From contig JBGSTX010000149.1 in assembly GCA_041736305.1 (NCBI GenBank), forward strand, positions 1 to 17,209: a stretch of DNA of 17,209 nt. Direction: 5' to 3'. This stretch comes from Oligoflexus sp. (lineage in GTDB: Bacteria; Bdellovibrionota_B; Oligoflexia; Oligoflexales; Oligoflexaceae). Below, piece after piece: positions 13,621-17,209 of the stretch. Every line of letters begins with the position of its first letter. Position 1 is the first letter of the stretch. The notes under the pieces are model-generated. The model was not told the origin of the DNA, searched no databases, and worked only from the letters and a program-made list of their open reading frames with translations. The position numbers were made by a program, and so were the translations under genes.

Positions 13621-15528
13621 ATGGAACTGCCGAAATCATTTCGTGAAGCTCTCGAACAGAAAATGCCTCTCCTTTTTGATGGAGCCACGGGAACCGAGCT
13701 CTACAACCGAGGCATCTTTATTAACCGCTGCTTCGAGGATGCCAACCTCAGCAGTCCAGCCATAATATCGGAACTGCATCGAGACTATCTCAAAGCAGGG
13801 GCCGAAGTTCTTAGCACCAATAGCTGGGGTGCCAACCGTTACAAGCTGGCCAAACACAATTTGCAGGATCAGACCCTCGAGATCAACCGCCGCGCGGCGC
13901 AACTGGCTAAGGATGTAGCGGCTCAACAGGCTTTTGTTACTGGCTCGGTCGGCCCGCTCGGCGTTCGCATCGAACCCTGGGGACCAACCAGTTTTGGCGA
14001 AGCGCGAGAAGCCTTTGCCGAGCAGATACTGGGTCTGAAAGAGGGTGGGGTAGATGTTATTTCACTCGAGACCTTTGCTGATATCAGTGAACTGCAGCAG
14101 GCCATCATCGCCGCTCGTTCGGTTGCGCCTGAGCTGCCGCTCATCGCTCAGATTACTGTCAATACTGAAGGCCTGACTCCCGTCGGAACTCCGGCCGAGT
14201 GGGCGATAAAAAAAGTCATCGAGTGGGGGGTCGACGTCGTCGGCTTCAACTGTTCGGTAGGACCTCAACCTATCCTGACGATGACGCAGAAAATATTTCC
14301 ACATCTCCCTGAAATTCCCCTGATCGTGCAACCGAACGCAGGACTGCCAAAAGAGATAGATGGGCGCACGATCTATATGTGCACCCCAGAATATATGGCA
14401 GAGTTCACGAAGCACTTTCTGCAAATCGGCGTGCTCTATGTGGGTGGTTGCTGCGGAACGTCGCCCGAGCACATTCGGGCTATGTCCCAATCTTTCCGCC
14501 ATCAGCGGGCTATGCGTCATGCTGAGCAGGGAGTTCATAAATCGCGGGTAGCCCTCGAATTCCATACCAGCGAAGATAGCAAGGCGCAGGCCCCCCAAAG
14601 CCGCACTCCCGTGCCTATGAGCGAAAAATCTGATTGGTCGGCGAAAATCGCGGCAGGAAAAAAGGTAACGAGCGTCGAATTGCTACCACCTGCTGGAGTC
14701 GTACCGACGAAGATACTGGAGAGTTCAGCTCGACTGAAGGCTGCTGGTATCGATGCGATCAACATACCCGATGGGCCCCGCGCTAGTGCGCGCATGAGCG
14801 CCATTCTCACCGCGGTCATGATCGAGCAAAAAGTCGGAATTGAGACCGTTTTGCACTATACCTGTCGCGATCGCAACCTGCTCGGGATGCAGTCAGACAT
14901 GCTGGGAGCGCATGCAATCGGTCTTCGCAATATGCTGCTGGTAACGGGTGATCCTCCAAAGATGGGTAGCTACCCGAATGCGACCGGCGTCTTCGATATC
15001 GACGCCATTGGGCTTACCAACATGGTCTCTCGGCTCAATAGCGGGATCGACCTCGGCTCGCGACCTATCGGTGAACCTACGGCTCTGAGCATCGGGGTTG
15101 GCGTGAATCCCGTGCACAGAGACTTCGACTATGAGATGAAGCGCTTCGCCTACAAGGTTGAGGCTGGTGCGGAATGGGCTATCACTCAGCCAGTATTCGA
15201 TCTCAAGGCTCTCTACCGCTTTCTCGAGTACATTGAAAAGCATGCTTTGAAAATCCCGATCATTGCCGGAATCTGGCCATTGCTGAGCTTCCGCAATGCG
15301 CAGTTCATGAATAACGAAGTACCGGGTGTCGAAATCCCCGAAGCCATAATGAAACAGATGGCCGTGCCGTCCAATGCCGACGACGCACGGCGAGTAGGTA
15401 TTGAAATCGCGCGTAGTATGGTGGAAGAGCTTGGTTCAGCGGTGCAGGGCGTTCAGGTATCAGCGCCATTTGGTAGGGTCGATCTGGCTCTCGAAGTTCT
15501 CGGCGCTTCGGAAACTGCGCGCCTCTAG
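13621..15528 (+). CDS. yitJ: Bifunctional homocysteine S-methyltransferase / 5,10-methylenetetrahydrofolate reductase (YitJ type)
   Basis: N-domain motifs: FDGATGTEL, ETF.D..E, GFNCSVGP and GGCCGT (three Zn-binding Cys). C-domain MTHFR motifs: VELLPP, NIPDGPRA, HYTCRDRN, VTGDPP, KVEAGA and ITQPVFD. Confidence 0.93.
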   Translation: MELPKSFREALEQKMPLLFDGATGTELYNRGIFINRCFEDANLSSPAIISELHRDYLKAGAEVLSTNSWGANRYKLAKHNLQDQTLEINRRAAQLAKDVAAQQAFVTGSVGPLGVRIEPWGPTSFGEAREAFAEQILGLKEGGVDVISLETFADISELQQAIIAARSVAPELPLIAQITVNTEGLTPVGTPAEWAIKKVIEWGVDVVGFNCSVGPQPILTMTQKIFPHLPEIPLIVQPNAGLPKEIDGRTIYMCTPEYMAEFTKHFLQIGVLYVGGCCGTSPEHIRAMSQSFRHQRAMRHAEQGVHKSRVALEFHTSEDSKAQAPQSRTPVPMSEKSDWSAKIAAGKKVTSVELLPPAGVVPTKILESSARLKAAGIDAINIPDGPRASARMSAILTAVMIEQKVGIETVLHYTCRDRNLLGMQSDMLGAHAIGLRNMLLVTGDPPKMGSYPNATGVFDIDAIGLTNMVSRLNSGIDLGSRPIGEPTALSIGVGVNPVHRDFDYEMKRFAYKVEAGAEWAITQPVFDLKALYRFLEYIEKHALKIPIIAGIWPLLSFRNAQFMNNEVPGVEIPEAIMKQMAVPSNADDARRVGIEIARSMVEELGSAVQGVQVSAPFGRVDLALEVLGASETARL

Positions 15529-15561
15529 TTGAAGTTCAGGAAAGCGGCTGGAGTTCTCGCT

Positions 15562-16437
15562 CTAAGAATAGAGCCAGACTCCGCCGAGGGCCATCATCAC
15601 GAGGCCAATGATCTTGCCGGCGTGAGCGCTTTCCCTTAAGACCGCAATCCCATAGAGTCCGATAAAGAAAATGCTGACTCGCTTGATACTCAAGACTGCA
15701 GCGACATCCCCACCTGCTTGATAAGCAAGAAACTGACTCAAAGCTGAGCTACTGGAAATCAGCCCAAGAAGTAATACTAGACCGAAATTTGAGCCAATGG
15801 TTTGCCGTAGGGCCTGCCTCTGGCTGTGGTATTTAAGGACCTTAGGCGCCAGGCATAGAGCAATCCCCAGACTGATAAAAAAGAGCGCGGTATATGCATC
15901 GTAGCCTTCTACGAGCAAGGCTTGCAAGTGGCTCGCGCAGACTCCCATGCCGACCGTCAGCCACATCAGGCGAGCACCAGTCCCACGAAAGAGGGAAGTC
16001 AGGGGTTCCCAGGGACGAGACAAGTCTTTGAGCTTGAGAAAATAGCTGCCCACGCCTACTGCAGCGACTCCGTACCAAACTTCCTTCCCCAGCAGTTGAT
16101 CGTTGAAAAGAGGTCCACTGAGCGCGACGAAAACCGGTAAGAAGACTAGAAGCGGCGCAACTTCTGAAATCTCACCCTCCTTAGTGGCTCTACTGAGGGA
16201 AACTACACTGAGCAGTGAAGGCCCAATGGTGCACAGAGCGAGGATGACGAAGTTGCTATCGATGGTAGAGATGGTTTTAATTTGGAGGGCTGGAGATAAA
16301 ATCAGCAAGATAATAAGCTGATCGAGGAAAGTGAAGGCTAGCGAATCAAAGCTATTGAGGAGCTTTTTCGCAAGTATGGATTTACCGCTGCTAAGCAGCA
16401 TGCATAGCAAGGAAAAACCGAACCAGCTCACTTGCAT
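15562..16437 (-). CDS. EamA/DMT-family transporter
   Basis: 291 aa with about 10 hydrophobic segments in two repeats. DMT motifs GEISEVAPL...PVFVAL and VLSIKRVS...GIAVLRE. SD GAGGGAG precedes the start. Confidence 0.88.
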   Translation of the reverse strand: MQVSWFGFSLLCMLLSSGKSILAKKLLNSFDSLAFTFLDQLIILLILSPALQIKTISTIDSNFVILALCTIGPSLLSVVSLSRATKEGEISEVAPLLVFLPVFVALSGPLFNDQLLGKEVWYGVAAVGVGSYFLKLKDLSRPWEPLTSLFRGTGARLMWLTVGMGVCASHLQALLVEGYDAYTALFFISLGIALCLAPKVLKYHSQRQALRQTIGSNFGLVLLLGLISSSSALSQFLAYQAGGDVAAVLSIKRVSIFFIGLYGIAVLRESAHAGKIIGLVMMALGGVWLYS

Positions 16438-16583
16438 TCTCCCTCTAGATTCCCTGACCCACTCATCCTAACGGCTGTCTGCGCAAGAGCTTGAGGAAAA
16501 AAGCCAAAGCCCTTCCATTTAATCGGTAGTTTTCTATACTTAAACGATTTATCTCAAGTTTTCTCAAGAACTTAATTAAGTCC

Positions 16584-16610
16584 TTTAGTATTGAGTCTAG
16601 CTGCCGATAA
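16584..16610 (+). promoter_or_regulatory. Candidate sigma28 (FliA) promoter
   Basis: TTTAGTAT-N11-GCCGATAA: a perfect -10 box, 5/8 match to TAAAGTTT, and consensus spacing. It ends 43 nt before the ATG at 16654. Confidence 0.65.
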
Positions 16611-16653
16611 GACCGAAAGACGACTTGAAGGTGAAATCCATATAGGCTGGATC

Positions 16654-17209
16654 ATGGAGATTTTCAAAAAGGCATTGAAACAAGCTATCATCGAGAAAGC
16701 TGAGGCTGTCCGCTTTGAATCCGGACAGAAGCCGACTCTGCTGGCGATGCCTCAGGAGCGGGCGATCAGTCAGCTCGGAAGTACTGACAATCAAGGCCTC
16801 TACGATCTTATTGATGCTCTTATTCCATCGAATCCTTCTTCGCCTTCTCAGCTTCGCGAAGGCAGTATATCGATCGTAAACTTTGGCGAAGTAAAACTGC
16901 TAGCCTTGACTCTCGAACCGCTTCGACTCTACGCATTCATTCCACCGCAAGGAACTCTTCCTTATTTGCAGATGAAATCCCAGCTAAATCAGCAGCTGCA
17001 AAACTTAGCTCGTCAGCCTTTTAGCGTGGTTCCCGAAGCTCCAGAAAACTCTGTCGAACTAAGCCTCGCCGCACGATCGGTTGAGAACCACGCGAAGCCT
17101 AATCTGCCGACCGAAGCCGAGCCAAATTCGGAGCAACCTGACTTCTCTCTGACCGAAACGAAATCTCACGAAATCAAGTCAGCATATCTCGCAAAACCCT
17201 ATACCCCGC
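16654..17209 (+). CDS. 3'-truncated protein with degenerate PilT/PilU-like N-terminal domain followed by a Pro/Glu/Ser-rich linker
   Basis: Not in the ORF track because it has no stop in the window. My manual translation is open for 185 codons: MEIFKKALKQAIIEKAEAVRFESGQKPTLL...EGSISIVNFGEVKLLA...RLYAFIPP. The start resembles the PilT pattern LL..A...ASDLHL..G.PP. No ATPase motifs are visible within the window. Confidence 0.7.
   Translation, partial: MEIFKKALKQAIIEKAEAVRFESGQKPTLLAMPQERAISQLGSTDNQGLYDLIDALIPSNPSSPSQLREGSISIVNFGEVKLLALTLEPLRLYAFIPPQGTLPYLQMKSQLNQQLQNLARQPFSVVPEAPENSVELSLAARSVENHAKPNLPTEAEPNSEQPDFSLTETKSHEIKSAYLAKPYTP

Noticed and set aside
13305-13688. Minus-strand ORF (127 aa; 84 aa from ATG 13559) across the structured intergenic region
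   Set aside because: It has no convincing SD or recognisable domain, its long form overlaps yitJ, and it runs antisense to a strong promoter. It cannot be fully excluded without homology or Ribo-seq data.
211-16794. Many short alternative-frame and antisense ORFs in the ORF track (e.g. 211-687, 2641-3036, 14062-14598, 16597-16794)
   Set aside because: They lie inside or overlap well-supported genes and show no recognisable motifs, so I treat them as shadow ORFs.
1-17209. CRISPR arrays, IS/transposases, integrases, prophage genes, tRNA/rRNA
   Set aside because: I saw no regularly spaced repeats, terminal inverted repeats, recombinase motifs or tRNA/rRNA signatures by eye.

Overview
Bacterial chromosomal window of roughly 50% GC. 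The gene content suggests a Bdellovibrionota/Oligoflexia-like or other deltaproteobacteria-like organism, but this is inference only. Gene order: 5'-truncated mrdA (PBP2), rodA, purC, and an unusual alpha-carbonic anhydrase with about 5 TM helices and a His/acid-rich linker. These converge on a minus-strand operon of motA, motB and a small Cys-rich lipoprotein. Divergent from motA is a membrane-anchored protein that looks like two tandem pseudo-receiver + PilZ-like units. Next come a candidate sigma54-driven pair of exported TPR proteins (GltD/AgmU-like and GltE/AglT-like) and a strong terminator. A near-consensus sigma70 promoter then precedes a highly structured, apparently non-coding stretch of about 240-300 nt, upstream of a YitJ-type homocysteine methyltransferase/MTHFR fusion. 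The window ends with a convergent EamA transporter and a 3'-truncated ORF that the ORF track missed, which has a PilT-like N-terminus and a sigma28-type promoter. I saw no mobile element, CRISPR array, tRNA or rRNA. Best novelty candidates: the unassigned structured RNA upstream of yitJ, a stand-alone stator locus with unknown accessory proteins, and the polytopic carbonic anhydrase. All family assignments come from motif recognition by eye; no searches were run.
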